In this document: one piece after another, positions 13,998-25,123 of the stretch | How the letters are laid out: every line of letters starts with the position of its first letter | Position numbering within the stretch: the stretch's first letter is position 1 | Sequence record: NC_042056.1 | Direction: 5' to 3' (one strand) | DNA length: 64,000 nucleotides | Notes under the pieces: model-generated | What the model was told of the DNA's origin: nothing | The model's database searches: none | What the model saw: only the letters and a program-made list of their open reading frames with translations | Position numbers and translations under genes: made by a program

Positions 13998-16310
13998 GTG
14001 GAATATAACGAACCCTTTCGGCTGTCAAAAGACGAGTACAATCGTGACATTGATGTCATTGATGCGTACTTCGAACAAATGACGCTGTACATCTGGCACC
14101 AAACCGATCACAAGTACAGCAAAGAATTTATCCGTGCACAACTCGATGAGATGTTTGCGGAAGATGGCGAACTGGCTCACACTTACCCGAGTTGTAAGCT
14201 GTGGGTGCGCGACCAGCAAACGGGTGACCGTAAAGAGAAGTTCACCACCGTGGACAAGCTGCTGCGTGTGGTCATCGATAAGCAGATTATTTCTGCTCCG
14301 TCACTGACCTTCTATTTACCTGAGCATGTCAAGCGTTCGAAGCTCGCGGAATTCACCGCAGAGAACGTGCGTAAACGTGCGGTCATCAAAAACGAGATGT
14401 ACGAAGCGGCAGCAGCCGGTAACGACGTCTTAAAGACCAACAAGAAGAACGAACAGAACGCCGTTAAGACTCTGAACAACGGTATGTCCGGTGCGTTCTC
14501 TTCCCCGTATACTGTTATCTTCAACCAGTCGTCACACTCCGTACTGACCTCCACCTGCCGAACAGCGACGTCGTTTGGTAACGCAGGTAACGAGCGTCTG
14601 TTGGGTGGTAACCGACATTACGATACGCCAGCGCGTGTCATTGAGCACTTCCTCAGCATCGGTACCCTTACCGACTTTGCAGAATTCAAACGCTGTGTTG
14701 AGAAGTACAACCTGCATATCCCAACCGTCCAAGAAACCATGGACGTCATCAACTACTCTGCTAACCTGTACTGGCGTTCTGCCGTTGGGTCAGAGAAAGT
14801 TGAACACTACGTGTCCCGCGTCAGTGAACTCGAACGTGCGGCCTTCGTCTACATGGGTGACTTCTTCCATCTGGCGAAGTACAACGACAAGTTCATGCGT
14901 GGTTTCATCGGTGCACTGATCTCCGAAGAAGAGTTCGGCGATTGCGCCCATTGGACAGACGCTGATTGGTCAGCTGCTGAGAAAACCATCGACGGCGATA
15001 TGAAGATTGTGATTGCTCAGTTCCGTACCGATGTGGTACCGCTGGGTAAATCATTTGGGGATGTGAAGCTCAAAGATGAAGAAACGGAGAAAGCCTTACC
15101 GTGGAGTGAACAGGCCAAGTATAAAGAACTGATTAGCACCGCGATGTACTTGCAGCGCACTATCGGTGAATACGCTTGTCTGATTCGCAACGTCCTGACC
15201 ACCAAAAACCTGCCAATCAACATTGCCCGTATGCCGGACATGATTCGTCGTGTGGGTGTGGTATCCGATACGGACTCCACCATGATGACCGCGCAGTGGT
15301 GGGCACAGTGGTATACCGGTCAGCATTACGGTCGTGAAGCCACCCGTGTGTCAGATGCAATGATTTACATTGCGACTCAGCACCTGCGTCACCTCATGGC
15401 CAGTATGTCAGCGAACATCGGTGTGGCGAAAGAACGCCTGTTCCTGTACGCGATGAAGAACGAGTATAAGTTTGACTCGTTTGCACTGACCACGAAAGCG
15501 AAACACTACTTCTCCATTATTACCGGACAGGAAGGTCAGCTCAAGAAAGACCCAGAGTTGGAAGTAAAAGGTGTATCTCTGCGTACATCGAACATTCCAC
15601 CGGTTATCATGAAGGAATTCAAGAAAACGATTCGTGAGCTGTGCATGATTGTTGCACGCGGCGACCGCATCGAAATCGTTCCACTGCTGGAGAAAGTGGC
15701 GGCTATCGAGCACAACGTTGTAGACTCACTGCGTGCCGGTAATGCTGGGTACCTGAAAACGACCAACATCAAATCCCGTGATGCTTATCAGGGCGATGAG
15801 AAATCGTATCACTACCACCGCATGTACAACGCTATCTTTGGGCCGAAATATGGGTATCTGGAAGAACCACCGTATGATGCGGTGAAGCTGCCGGTGAACC
15901 TCGGGTCTAAAACCGCCATGAAAGATTGGATTGAGTCTATCGAAGACCCAGTCATCCGTAATGGTGCGAAGCAGTGGTTTGAAGACACCAATGGCCGCAC
16001 TTACGCAACCTTAATCCTGCCGGAATATCTGGTAGAGAACCACGGTATCCCACCGGAGCTGATTGCCGCGGCAGACTTACGCCGTACTGCGTTTGCCACG
16101 GTAGAACCGTATTACCACGTTCTTGAGTGCTTGGGCGTCTTCATGATTGATAAGAAGCGCACACGTCTGCTGTCAGACTACTACGGTGAAACACTGGATG
16201 CCGAAGAAGTGTTGCCAGAACTGAAAGATGTGAAGTACATCAAGAAATCTGAACGTGATGCGGAAGAAAGCGAGGAAGAAGAAGATGGTGAAGAAGATGC
16301 AGCTGAATAA
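13998..16310 (+). CDS. family B DNA polymerase, polymerase-domain subunit (phiKZ gp50-like)
   Basis: Motif B-like KTLNNGMSG, motif C SDTDS, KAKHY and KGV. Motif A and the exonuclease are absent here and lie at 44149-45927. Confidence 0.85.
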   Translation: MEYNEPFRLSKDEYNRDIDVIDAYFEQMTLYIWHQTDHKYSKEFIRAQLDEMFAEDGELAHTYPSCKLWVRDQQTGDRKEKFTTVDKLLRVVIDKQIISAPSLTFYLPEHVKRSKLAEFTAENVRKRAVIKNEMYEAAAAGNDVLKTNKKNEQNAVKTLNNGMSGAFSSPYTVIFNQSSHSVLTSTCRTATSFGNAGNERLLGGNRHYDTPARVIEHFLSIGTLTDFAEFKRCVEKYNLHIPTVQETMDVINYSANLYWRSAVGSEKVEHYVSRVSELERAAFVYMGDFFHLAKYNDKFMRGFIGALISEEEFGDCAHWTDADWSAAEKTIDGDMKIVIAQFRTDVVPLGKSFGDVKLKDEETEKALPWSEQAKYKELISTAMYLQRTIGEYACLIRNVLTTKNLPINIARMPDMIRRVGVVSDTDSTMMTAQWWAQWYTGQHYGREATRVSDAMIYIATQHLRHLMASMSANIGVAKERLFLYAMKNEYKFDSFALTTKAKHYFSIITGQEGQLKKDPELEVKGVSLRTSNIPPVIMKEFKKTIRELCMIVARGDRIEIVPLLEKVAAIEHNVVDSLRAGNAGYLKTTNIKSRDAYQGDEKSYHYHRMYNAIFGPKYGYLEEPPYDAVKLPVNLGSKTAMKDWIESIEDPVIRNGAKQWFEDTNGRTYATLILPEYLVENHGIPPELIAAADLRRTAFATVEPYYHVLECLGVFMIDKKRTRLLSDYYGETLDAEEVLPELKDVKYIKKSERDAEESEEEEDGEEDAAE

Positions 16311-16614
16311 AATTACAGCCCGCTTTATTTCTAACCAACCGTATAAAACCATTAACAACATTATCATACCCCCCAACCAAACCATTGGGCCGGTACCGGC
16401 GGGTTCGACGGCGTCCTACCCTAAGCAGGAAGTAGCCCCTCTCGTTCTTTGGGAGGGTAAGGCTTCTGACATTGACCCGCAGCATGAGCAGGTGGATTTT
16501 ATTCTGCGGACGTGGGTAGGGGTGTGTTTGCAAGAAAAAAGCATCGAACAGGTGCAGGCTGAGGAAGACGCTTATCGTGCACGATACCCTAAGCGGTTTC
16601 CTCCCAGACATTAA
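16297..16614 (+). CDS. hypothetical protein
   Basis: Likely ATG 16297, overlapping the polymerase stop. Confidence 0.6.
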   Translation: MQLNKITARFISNQPYKTINNIIIPPNQTIGPVPAGSTASYPKQEVAPLVLWEGKASDIDPQHEQVDFILRTWVGVCLQEKSIEQVQAEEDAYRARYPKRFPPRH

Positions 16615-16619
16615 GGTGG

Positions 16620-16802
16620 TTGGTCGTGTACCATGACATCAAATCGTCAAACGAGCGTATCGCTGAGATACGCCGGGAGTACACCGAAAAGGGGTACGAA
16701 AACATCACGGTCTGGCGAGCAGGGGAGCGGATACACATTCAGGCATACGACCCGAAGCGGAAACGCGACATTAACTGCTACGCCATTCCCAATCCATTGT
16801 AG
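16620..16802 (+). CDS. small hypothetical protein
   Basis: 60-aa ORF filling the gap in the operon. Confidence 0.45.
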   Translation: MVVYHDIKSSNERIAEIRREYTEKGYENITVWRAGERIHIQAYDPKRKRDINCYAIPNPL

Positions 16803-16810
16803 GGATTCCC

Positions 16811-17395
16811 ATGGAACAGATATTGTTGGAAAGGTTTAAACAGTTCTGCCGCAATGAACGCCTAAAAAGGATGCGGGAGAATCTCCGTGCAAGCATCTTA
16901 AAGATGGTAAATGATACAAACGAAAAGTCTGGGTATAACGAAGCCCTTCATCGTGAACTCGATGACGACAAACTGATCCCACACTTTCGGATGCCGCAGG
17001 CGAATAAGATTTATCAGCCCGGTGGTAAAGGCTCCACGTTGGTTGTGGAGATGAACCCGAACTGTACGCTCGCCAAACGTCTGCTGAAAGAAGCCCAGTA
17101 CCGTTACTTCGCTGTCTGGGATTTCGAAGAGATTGAGATGGACTACGGTTTAGCCGGGCACTGCCGTGTGACCGCATTGGCGGGGTTCCTCAATCGTTTT
17201 CCGGGTTTGAAGGGTAAAGTGTCTGTGGGTGAAGACACCCGTGGTCCAACATTGAATGCACCGAACGATGTGGTTGAGTTGGACTTCGTGGTGATTGCCC
17301 CCGATGGCAAGTATCATCTCCAGCGTTTTACCAACGACAACGTAGGGCATGTGTGTGCGCAATTGCACATCAGCTACTACCAGTCAAAAAAATAA
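16811..17395 (+). CDS. hypothetical protein
   Basis: 194-aa ORF with an AGGGA RBS. Confidence 0.75.
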   Translation: MEQILLERFKQFCRNERLKRMRENLRASILKMVNDTNEKSGYNEALHRELDDDKLIPHFRMPQANKIYQPGGKGSTLVVEMNPNCTLAKRLLKEAQYRYFAVWDFEEIEMDYGLAGHCRVTALAGFLNRFPGLKGKVSVGEDTRGPTLNAPNDVVELDFVVIAPDGKYHLQRFTNDNVGHVCAQLHISYYQSKK

Positions 17396-17485
17396 AATGA
17401 GGTAATTGCACCCTTTCGAGTGCAATTACAAGTTATTCCCTATTATATGTAAACCGGAATGGTTTACGGGGGAGGGAGTAAATTC

Positions 17486-18571
17486 TCATTTTTCAGCATG
17501 GTCTAACAAGGGCTGAATCAGGGTTTGCCGGAAGTGGTTATAGACCGCCTTTGGCAACTTGTTTAAGACCTTGGTATCTGAGTAGCGACCGATCTCATAC
17601 GAGACGTCCTTCAGGTACGCATCCATGTGACCTTTGTTGTACTGGAGACAGTGCAGCATCCAATGCCAGTTGACCAACGTCAGATGCCACGAGCCCTGGA
17701 ATGTTAATCCGGGGTCACGGTGAACGATGCGGTCAATCGCACTCCGGTCTCCATCTAATGGAAACTGGAATGGCTGGATGACGTGTGCCAATACGACCCC
17801 CGGTATTGGATTCCCCGTCAATAGCGACTGACGTGTCTGGGTGGCGTTGCGGATAGCAATATCGCGCAACGGCGGAACCGGAATCGTTCGCAAAGGTTGA
17901 TCCGTCTCTATATCTTGACCTGTCGCGACAAAGCGATGGATGTTAAGTAAAGAGATATCCATATAGCTCGGTAGCATACGGCTGATAACGTGTCGCCAGA
18001 TATACGTCGGGCTGGTCACTACTTCGTTGGAACGGTTGTAATAGGCAAATGCTTTAACGTGTTGCCACAGCAGCTCTACGAGATTGATCTCGATAATACT
18101 CACCCCACGCGGCTTGCCATTCCCGAGTTGCCAGTTTAGATTGGTGTACTCGTGATACAGGTAGCGGGCCGGTGCGTATTCGCGAAAGGATAACTCAGGA
18201 TCGATTGGGCGGGCCACGAGCGAGATGATCTCATCTTGGCCTTCGATGAACATACCGTTGAAGACTTTTCCGTATTCACCCATCGAGGTTAAGCGCTCGG
18301 CGTTGCCGATGCCAATCAACCGTCGACGACATGCCCACTCTACGGTTTCGTAGTCGGGGTCTGTTGAGTAACCGATGGCTGAGATTAACTTCGCGATGAG
18401 GTGGCCGGATTCTACACGGGTCTGTACCGAGTCAAAGTAGTTGCGAATACGTTGGTGGTTATTTTTTACAAGAGCTGCCAATTGTATAGCGGTAGGGTCG
18501 ACGTTATGCCCTTTGATTTCCACTTGCTTTAATTCGGCTTGACTGAACATGATTCTCTCCTGTGTTACCAC
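17486..18571 (-). CDS. conserved protein, probably virion structural (SPN3US gp21 position)
   Basis: 361 aa, divergent from chimallin; function by synteny only. Confidence 0.55.
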   Translation of the reverse strand: MVTQERIMFSQAELKQVEIKGHNVDPTAIQLAALVKNNHQRIRNYFDSVQTRVESGHLIAKLISAIGYSTDPDYETVEWACRRRLIGIGNAERLTSMGEYGKVFNGMFIEGQDEIISLVARPIDPELSFREYAPARYLYHEYTNLNWQLGNGKPRGVSIIEINLVELLWQHVKAFAYYNRSNEVVTSPTYIWRHVISRMLPSYMDISLLNIHRFVATGQDIETDQPLRTIPVPPLRDIAIRNATQTRQSLLTGNPIPGVVLAHVIQPFQFPLDGDRSAIDRIVHRDPGLTFQGSWHLTLVNWHWMLHCLQYNKGHMDAYLKDVSYEIGRYSDTKVLNKLPKAVYNHFRQTLIQPLLDHAEK

Positions 18572-18608
18572 ATAGGAACTAGGTCGTAGTCAAAGAAATT
18601 ACAGATGT

Positions 18609-18714
18609 ATATTATCATTGTGACGGTTCCGGTTATTCTTTCTGTTATGTGTTATTCATTAGGCGACGGCTTAACTGTATCCCACAAATTTACAGATTGA
18701 TATTATCACTGTGA
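18609..18714 (+). promoter_or_regulatory. tandem early promoters upstream of chimallin
   Basis: Two copies of AATT(T)ACAGAT..ATATTATC-N3-GTGA, with cores at 18609-23 and 18700-14. Confidence 0.65.
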
Positions 18715-18753
18715 ACTTACTCGTACTAATTATCTTTCAAGGATTATATAACC

Positions 18754-20565
18754 ATGGTTAAATATGTTGGCGAAAATAACACTCACGTTGAAGCTCAAGC
18801 TGCTGCTGCGGAGTCTGTAAACGTAACTCAGAACACCACCAAAGCTGCACCGGCTGCTGACTACAGCACTGGTAACCACGTCGATTCTTTCGACCAAGCG
18901 TTTGACTGGTCTTCTTCTTCTTCTAGCGCAAACGACTTCGTGCGTCTGCTGAAAGAAGCCGCTGAGAAAAACGAATACCTGTCCCGTTTCCGTTACGGTC
19001 TGGTAAAAGGCATCTCTGCCGAAATGGGTTCTGCCGCATACGTTGCTGGCGAACTGAACGGCGCATGGCTGTACGGTCTGGTCTTCTTCGAGAAGGGCCA
19101 GTCTATCCGTATCTACGAAACCACCAACCGTCAGGAAGATTACTTCACCCTGTCTAGCCTCATCAATAAAGATGTGCTGGCGAAGGTGTCTGAGTCTATC
19201 CGTGAAGACCACGGTATCGATAACGTCCACTACATGATCACCAACTGTGTGCCTGACTTCTCCGGCAACGTGGTTGACATCAACTGGGCGAAGTCTCTGA
19301 TGGGCCAGCTGCTGCTGGGCGTGTTCGGTCGTGCGGTAGGTTACTTGGGTACCATCGTGCTGAAGAAAACCGATCGCTTCGTAGCGAACGTTGCAACTCC
19401 GGAAACGGGCGTAGCAACCGACGTCAACGGTCACCCGAACCGTGCGGACATCGCTGTGTACGTTGAGCATACGCCGACCAATCAGGAAAGCGATACTCCA
19501 ACGCTGCTGAGCGATAGCATCCCAACTGCGTACCCACCGGTTCGTAGCTGCGGTTATCCGAACCTGCGCTTCACCGGCCTGAAAAAGGCAGTGGACGGCG
19601 TACAGGATCTGAAACAGCTGCAAGGTGAAGTTGTTGTGTCACTGATTGACTCTCAGGCGAAAGGCTCTAAGGCCCCGCTGGAGCGTCAGTTCATCGCATT
19701 CGGCGCGTTCGCGGATATCGCACAGAACGGCGGCTGGCGTGACCTGTACATCAACACCCTGAACAAACAGGATCGTAAGTTCTCCGCACTGGCTTCTCAT
19801 CTGAGCTGGGGTGCAGAGCAGGCTCCTGACCTGGGTAAACTGGATAGCTCTCGTGAGCTGGTTGACCGCGCACTGCGTGTGTTCGCACCAAGCTCTGCTG
19901 CGCTGGTAGTCCGTCATCGTGCGGGTAACGGTGTGGGTGGTCTGTCCAACATGTTCGCTGAGATTGCTCTGCGTAACACCAACACCCTGGGTCAGCTGCT
20001 GAACGTTCTGAACAGCATGTTTGGCGATGTTGATGGTGTGAACTTCACTACCTACCTCGGTCAGCAACTGGGTGTATCTACCATCACCTGTGCACATATC
20101 GTTGCAGCCGCAGTGCCGACTCTGGATGGCGTGTACACGTCTACCGCAGCGCATCGCTCACTGCAAGATATGGACCTGACCTCTGTTGCTACCCACCTGG
20201 GTGACAAACAGCAGGAAATGTACCGTTACATGCACGCCCAGTCTTACGCTAACCGTGAGCTGGAAGGTCATGCTCAGCGCATCTACCTGGCTAAGCTGGC
20301 TTCTGCAATGTACGGTAACCGTTCACTGCGCTTCACTGGCGAATCTCTGGATATGGCAATCCATCCGGTGTTCGCACGTTGCGTACTGGATAAGCTGCGC
20401 CAGAAAGCAAGCTTCCAGGTGAACGGCGTCAACGCCAACAACGAGCTGGACAACTCCCTGTTCTACAACCAGGGTGGTGAAACGTTCGTGCTGTCAGGTA
20501 ACGGCCAGACTGGTGGTATCGACACATTCGGTCTGGGTGTAACCCTTACCGACTACAAACTGTAA
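18754..20565 (+). CDS. chmA: chimallin, major phage-nucleus shell protein (phiKZ gp54-like)
   Basis: 603 aa, strong high-expression codon bias, tandem early promoters, immediately upstream of the nvRNAP beta-prime gene. Confidence 0.8.
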   Translation: MVKYVGENNTHVEAQAAAAESVNVTQNTTKAAPAADYSTGNHVDSFDQAFDWSSSSSSANDFVRLLKEAAEKNEYLSRFRYGLVKGISAEMGSAAYVAGELNGAWLYGLVFFEKGQSIRIYETTNRQEDYFTLSSLINKDVLAKVSESIREDHGIDNVHYMITNCVPDFSGNVVDINWAKSLMGQLLLGVFGRAVGYLGTIVLKKTDRFVANVATPETGVATDVNGHPNRADIAVYVEHTPTNQESDTPTLLSDSIPTAYPPVRSCGYPNLRFTGLKKAVDGVQDLKQLQGEVVVSLIDSQAKGSKAPLERQFIAFGAFADIAQNGGWRDLYINTLNKQDRKFSALASHLSWGAEQAPDLGKLDSSRELVDRALRVFAPSSAALVVRHRAGNGVGGLSNMFAEIALRNTNTLGQLLNVLNSMFGDVDGVNFTTYLGQQLGVSTITCAHIVAAAVPTLDGVYTSTAAHRSLQDMDLTSVATHLGDKQQEMYRYMHAQSYANRELEGHAQRIYLAKLASAMYGNRSLRFTGESLDMAIHPVFARCVLDKLRQKASFQVNGVNANNELDNSLFYNQGGETFVLSGNGQTGGIDTFGLGVTLTDYKL

Positions 20566-20584
20566 TCCGTTTGTAGTGTAGTCG

Positions 20585-20625
20585 GGGTGGGAGCAAATGC
20601 TCCCACCCTACCACCATCTTTTTTT
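20585..20625 (+). terminator. intrinsic terminator
   Basis: GGGTGGGAGCA/TGCTCCCACCC stem with a downstream T-run. Confidence 0.65.
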
Positions 20626-20638
20626 GGTTGAGGTAAAA

Positions 20639-22231
20639 ATGCAGGCACCAAAGTTTTATGGAATCTCAGGACGATTAGAGGCACAGGATCATTATCTGCG
20701 TGACCTCCTTATCGAGGCCGGAGCGAAACAAATTAAACCTCCGACCATCATCAATGACTTGGCCATTGGTGGTGACCCCATCAAAGTGGCTGAGCAGATT
20801 GACCTGCTGGTGCAAAACCGCATTATTGATGAACAGCTCAACTCTGCGCCAATTTGTAGCATCACTTGCGATAACCCGATCGCCCACCGTTACAATCTCG
20901 GTAAGCAATGTCCATGTTGTGGATATCGTGTCACCGAAAACCGTATTGAATCAGACGTGTGGTTGCGTGCGCCAGATGAGATTGAGTATTTCATCAACCC
21001 GCGCTTCTGGGCGATGTTCAATGCGTTCTTTAATAACAACAAGAAACCGCGCAAGTTTGATCGGACAAAAGTTGCCATCGGTAACGGATCTGATCTGATG
21101 ATGTGGTTCCTTGACCCGTATTACCGTGCCGATGAGCCAGACTCAAAACGTGCGGCTGTTGTGAAGCGAATCATGGAAGAACATGGTGTCCGTCGTGGGA
21201 TTCATTATTTCACCGGCCACTACAAACAAATCTTTGATATACTTACCCGGCCTGACAACTGGCGTGAGATTTATCCACCGCAACGCAACAATGCGAGTGA
21301 AAGCGAAATCCTGCGTACCCAATGGGTAGAGCTGATCGAAACCCAAGGTAAGGCTATACTCACCAAACATCTGCCGATTATTTCGTCGAAGATGATTGTG
21401 TCCGAGGAAGGTCGCCGTGGTGTGGTGATTGACCCTATCTTCACCGCTGCCATTGACTCGGTGAAAAACATTGCGCAGTTGTACACCCGTAAACGCAGTA
21501 TGGAATCACGCTTTGTTATCAGTAAGGCACTGAAAGCAAACCGTCAGTTGACGTATTTCCATATTGACTTCCGTCGTGAGACACTGGAACAAAAGCCGGG
21601 CCACTATCGTGCGAAAGTATCTTCAACGCATGTGTGTAACTCCGGTCGTGCAACAATCTCACCAATTGCCTCTCCGCATGATGCGTGGAAGTTGGTGGCA
21701 CCATGGCGTTGGTCAGTTGGCTTGCTCAGCGTAGACATCGAGTCGAAACTGTTGCAGCGTGGCTTCTCCTCACGTCAGTGTGAACGTATTGTTGCAAAAG
21801 CAGCGATGCAGTATGATCCGTTGGTCGATGAAATCTTCAAAGAGCTGATTGCGGAGTCACCGGGTGGCATGGGTATCCTTGTCCTACCACTGCGTAACCC
21901 AACGTTGGTTCAGCTGTCTGTACAGGCGCTGTGGATTGACCAAATCATCACGGATGTTGACCAGTGTTCGATTCGTATCTCTGACCGCGTCATTAAGATG
22001 GCTAACGCCGACTTTGATGGTGACCAGCTCATGGTTTACCGTCCGACCGATCAAATCGAAATCGATCTGGCGATGGCGTTCCGTCCAGACAACGGGTTCA
22101 TGTCGTCTACCAAAGTCAATGAGGTAGAAAGAGGCATGATTTTACATAGCGAACTTATCAGTATGCAGAACAGCTTCCTCTTAGAGGCCGAAGAGGATGA
22201 TGAAGTAGGTTTAGCACTCGAAGACTTATAA
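20639..22231 (+). CDS. non-virion RNA polymerase beta-prime N-terminal subunit (phiKZ gp55/56.1-like)
   Basis: Zn-binding CSITC...CPCC and catalytic NADFDGD. GAGG RBS before ATG 20639. Confidence 0.9.
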   Translation: MQAPKFYGISGRLEAQDHYLRDLLIEAGAKQIKPPTIINDLAIGGDPIKVAEQIDLLVQNRIIDEQLNSAPICSITCDNPIAHRYNLGKQCPCCGYRVTENRIESDVWLRAPDEIEYFINPRFWAMFNAFFNNNKKPRKFDRTKVAIGNGSDLMMWFLDPYYRADEPDSKRAAVVKRIMEEHGVRRGIHYFTGHYKQIFDILTRPDNWREIYPPQRNNASESEILRTQWVELIETQGKAILTKHLPIISSKMIVSEEGRRGVVIDPIFTAAIDSVKNIAQLYTRKRSMESRFVISKALKANRQLTYFHIDFRRETLEQKPGHYRAKVSSTHVCNSGRATISPIASPHDAWKLVAPWRWSVGLLSVDIESKLLQRGFSSRQCERIVAKAAMQYDPLVDEIFKELIAESPGGMGILVLPLRNPTLVQLSVQALWIDQIITDVDQCSIRISDRVIKMANADFDGDQLMVYRPTDQIEIDLAMAFRPDNGFMSSTKVNEVERGMILHSELISMQNSFLLEAEEDDEVGLALEDL

Positions 22232-22246
22232 CAGGAGCAAACGAGT

Positions 22247-22834
22247 ATGTCGATGTGGAAGAATCTCTCTACCGCGTTTACGAAACAAGAAACCGGTAGC
22301 GGCTTTCATGATTTCTTTGAAAGCAAATTTAACATCGACCTGATAGCCCCCGACATGCGTGATAGCGTGTTGGAGCATCGTCGTGAGTTAGCGAATATGG
22401 AAATCTTCCGTAAGACCACTGCGGCCGTACGCAAACTGCGCCATTCCGATGGTACAGAATGCATCCGCCAGCTGGAAACTATTGGGGAATTCCAACACGC
22501 CAATCCACTGCTGCAACCGTTCTTGGTCGCCATGCCTGAATACCGTAAACCGTATAACGAATTTATGGCATCAGGCTATGAGAAAGGTTTCTCCGAGCTG
22601 GATATCTTCCGTGGTAATGCGTATATGCACACGGACGATAACTATCGTGAGATGACCACTGACGTCTCTACCGAATACGATGAAGATCGTATCTGGCATT
22701 GGGTAACCAATGAAGACCGTCAGTACCGTCCGGACGCTGTCGCGAAGGTCGAGTTAAATATCAACCGCGTGAGAATGCGAGACTTTGATTGGGAAGATGC
22801 AGATCCTTGCTCCCAATTCAACGCCTCGATGTAA
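22247..22834 (+). CDS. conserved hypothetical protein
   Basis: AGGAG RBS, 195 aa. Confidence 0.8.
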   Translation: MSMWKNLSTAFTKQETGSGFHDFFESKFNIDLIAPDMRDSVLEHRRELANMEIFRKTTAAVRKLRHSDGTECIRQLETIGEFQHANPLLQPFLVAMPEYRKPYNEFMASGYEKGFSELDIFRGNAYMHTDDNYREMTTDVSTEYDEDRIWHWVTNEDRQYRPDAVAKVELNINRVRMRDFDWEDADPCSQFNASM

Positions 22835-22919
22835 TAGAAGAAGAGAGGGAGATAAGCACCCTCTCTTTTTTTCTTCTGTCAGCGCCCAAATCCTATGTCA
22901 GTAACTGGGGAGATTAAAA

Positions 22920-23306
22920 ATGGTCGTTGCAGTCGGAACACTTTCTACGCGGGGTTGGGCAAAAACAACCGGCGATATGATCACGGAACTGATGAACCAC
23001 TATACCGAAGCCGGGTATAGCCAGTCAGTGATTTACCGTGGGAATATCAAATCATTCTCTTTCCGCTGTGCTGCGTTCGCGCAAGACCCTGAGGAACTGG
23101 CATCCAAAGTCCAACAAGACTTGGTGTCCTTATACGGGGGTGTGTTCACAGCCGGAGTAGAGGTCGAGTGTACTTACGAGTACCTTAACGATTCAGACAT
23201 ACGCTACCGTCTGATCATCAGCCTGCGGGTGTTACCAGCAGTGGGCGGTGATTGGGTTGACGCCATGCGTTATGTGAATGTAGATAAAGGAGCTTACGGT
23301 GGTTGA
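22920..23306 (+). CDS. conserved hypothetical protein
   Basis: GGAG RBS; TATG (late-promoter-like) upstream near 22895. Confidence 0.75.
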   Translation: MVVAVGTLSTRGWAKTTGDMITELMNHYTEAGYSQSVIYRGNIKSFSFRCAAFAQDPEELASKVQQDLVSLYGGVFTAGVEVECTYEYLNDSDIRYRLIISLRVLPAVGGDWVDAMRYVNVDKGAYGG

Positions 23307-23970
23307 CGAACCGATTAAGTTTGAAAACAACGCCATGTACGACCTGAACAAGATGGGGCCACAGGAAGTCTTCGAGTTTAACCGCGCGATGGATATCGAA
23401 GCGGAGATTCGTGATAACCTCGACCCGTACGCTCGCTTTACCGAGAGCATGTTCCGTCGTCAGGCATTGCCAATTCTCAGCGGTCTGCTGGATGGGTCAT
23501 TTGATGACAATGCGTACATCAACTGCATTGGTTCTGCGATGGTACCGTTACAGGTAGTGCAGGACGAAGATCCGACCAAACTGATGTTCACCATTCCACC
23601 GTTGTTCTTTACCGGACAATCGTTGCTGCATGTGGAAGGACAACAGTCCCTGACCGATGAAGCGCTGGAGATTTCGTCGCGTGCGGAAATTCTGCCGATT
23701 CTGGGGCCACGCGCCAAACACGATCTCATTGTCAATACGCTGGACGGTATTGAGATGGCGTCGTACGAAACCAATCGTCGTCGCGCTAAGCAAACGATTG
23801 ATCTGCTGAACTGGGTGTTCAAGCGTTATAAGCTGAATGGCCAGATTGCGTATCCTGCGGGCATGGAAGATTTGATCCAAGCCGACGGTAAAGCTGCTGC
23901 ACCTGCGGCGGTTGTACAACGCCAGCCGATTATCTCAGACGATGGTATTGAAGATGGTGAAGACCTCTAA
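23299..23970 (+). CDS. conserved hypothetical protein
   Basis: AAGGAG RBS with a GTG start. Confidence 0.75.
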   Translation: MVDEPIKFENNAMYDLNKMGPQEVFEFNRAMDIEAEIRDNLDPYARFTESMFRRQALPILSGLLDGSFDDNAYINCIGSAMVPLQVVQDEDPTKLMFTIPPLFFTGQSLLHVEGQQSLTDEALEISSRAEILPILGPRAKHDLIVNTLDGIEMASYETNRRRAKQTIDLLNWVFKRYKLNGQIAYPAGMEDLIQADGKAAAPAAVVQRQPIISDDGIEDGEDL

Positions 23971-25123
23971 ATCCTCCATGGCCCGTGCCATTGAGAAGAT
24001 TTACAACGTCCCACCGAAACCACTGGATGTGAAGCGCATTTTAGCGTTGAGTGATTTGCACCTGTTGCATAAGCGGGTGCCGACATGGCACTTGGTTAAC
24101 GTGACCAAAACACTCATCCTGAAAGCCGGAAATACCCTCGATGCCATTTATATAGCAGGCGACCTCTTTGAGGATTCGCGACAACTTCGTCAGACCGACT
24201 CCCAAGAAGCAATGGGTTTCCTGTCGTGGTTGTTACAACATTGTAAAGCGAACGATATCGCCTTGCGTGTTGTCGAGGGTACACCATCACACGACCATGG
24301 CCAATCCAAGGTCATCGTGGAACTGAACGAAGCCATTGGCGCAGATGCGCTGTATTTAGATGGCATCGGCATCTTCTACGACCCGGCGATTCAAGCCACA
24401 GTGGGTTGGGTGCAAGACGAGTACAAAGACCGTATTGCGGCGAACACCGAAGCTGAGATGGCGGAACTGATGGCAACGCGTGGACTGGAGAAGGTTGATT
24501 TCTTCTTCATGCACGGGTGCTTTACGTTCCAGCTGCCGGTGGAATCTCCCCGTTCGTTCAATGAAAGTTTTTGGATTCCACGAACGCGTCTCGGTATTTA
24601 TATCGGACACGACCATCGTGAGAAGTTCTTCGACCTGATACGCGTTACGGGAAGCGTTGATAGGTTGTCACAAGGTGAGGAAGAAGACAAAGGGATGACC
24701 CTTATCGATTTCACACCGACCTTAGCAAGGAACTATTTCCTTGTGAACACGGAAGCCTGTCCACAGCGCTCTGTGGCAGCAAGCTTAGACCATGAGGCGC
24801 AGTACGCCAAATGTCTGGCTGCGTTGGAGTATATCGATACCCACGTCTCATCGGCAATCGGCCGGTTTAAAGTGGAATACTATCGAGACTCTCCTATCGA
24901 GGAGCACATCAACCGCTGGAAGCGTGAGTACCCATTCCACATCGAGGGAGTGCGTATTAACACCGACGAGGAAGAGAAGGCACTCGAAGCTGTGTTCTCC
25001 ACAGAAACAGTTGCGGATGAACGCATCGGCCCCGATAATGTTGAGGCCGTGATGTTGAACGGACTCGAAGGTCAGCAATATGACCTAGAGGTTGTATCCG
25101 ACGTCATTAGGAGCATTGCATGA
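23954..25123 (+). CDS. SbcD/Mre11-like metallophosphoesterase nuclease
   Basis: Motifs SDLH, AGDLFE, GTPSHD, MHG and GHDH. Confidence 0.85.
   Translation: MVKTSKSSMARAIEKIYNVPPKPLDVKRILALSDLHLLHKRVPTWHLVNVTKTLILKAGNTLDAIYIAGDLFEDSRQLRQTDSQEAMGFLSWLLQHCKANDIALRVVEGTPSHDHGQSKVIVELNEAIGADALYLDGIGIFYDPAIQATVGWVQDEYKDRIAANTEAEMAELMATRGLEKVDFFFMHGCFTFQLPVESPRSFNESFWIPRTRLGIYIGHDHREKFFDLIRVTGSVDRLSQGEEEDKGMTLIDFTPTLARNYFLVNTEACPQRSVAASLDHEAQYAKCLAALEYIDTHVSSAIGRFKVEYYRDSPIEEHINRWKREYPFHIEGVRINTDEEEKALEAVFSTETVADERIGPDNVEAVMLNGLEGQQYDLEVVSDVIRSIA

Noticed and set aside
18730-19623. Long antisense ORFs opposite chimallin and the head proteins (also 57129-57887 and 58054-59133)
   Set aside because: They are expected by-products of strong codon bias on the sense strand, with no RBS or protein features.
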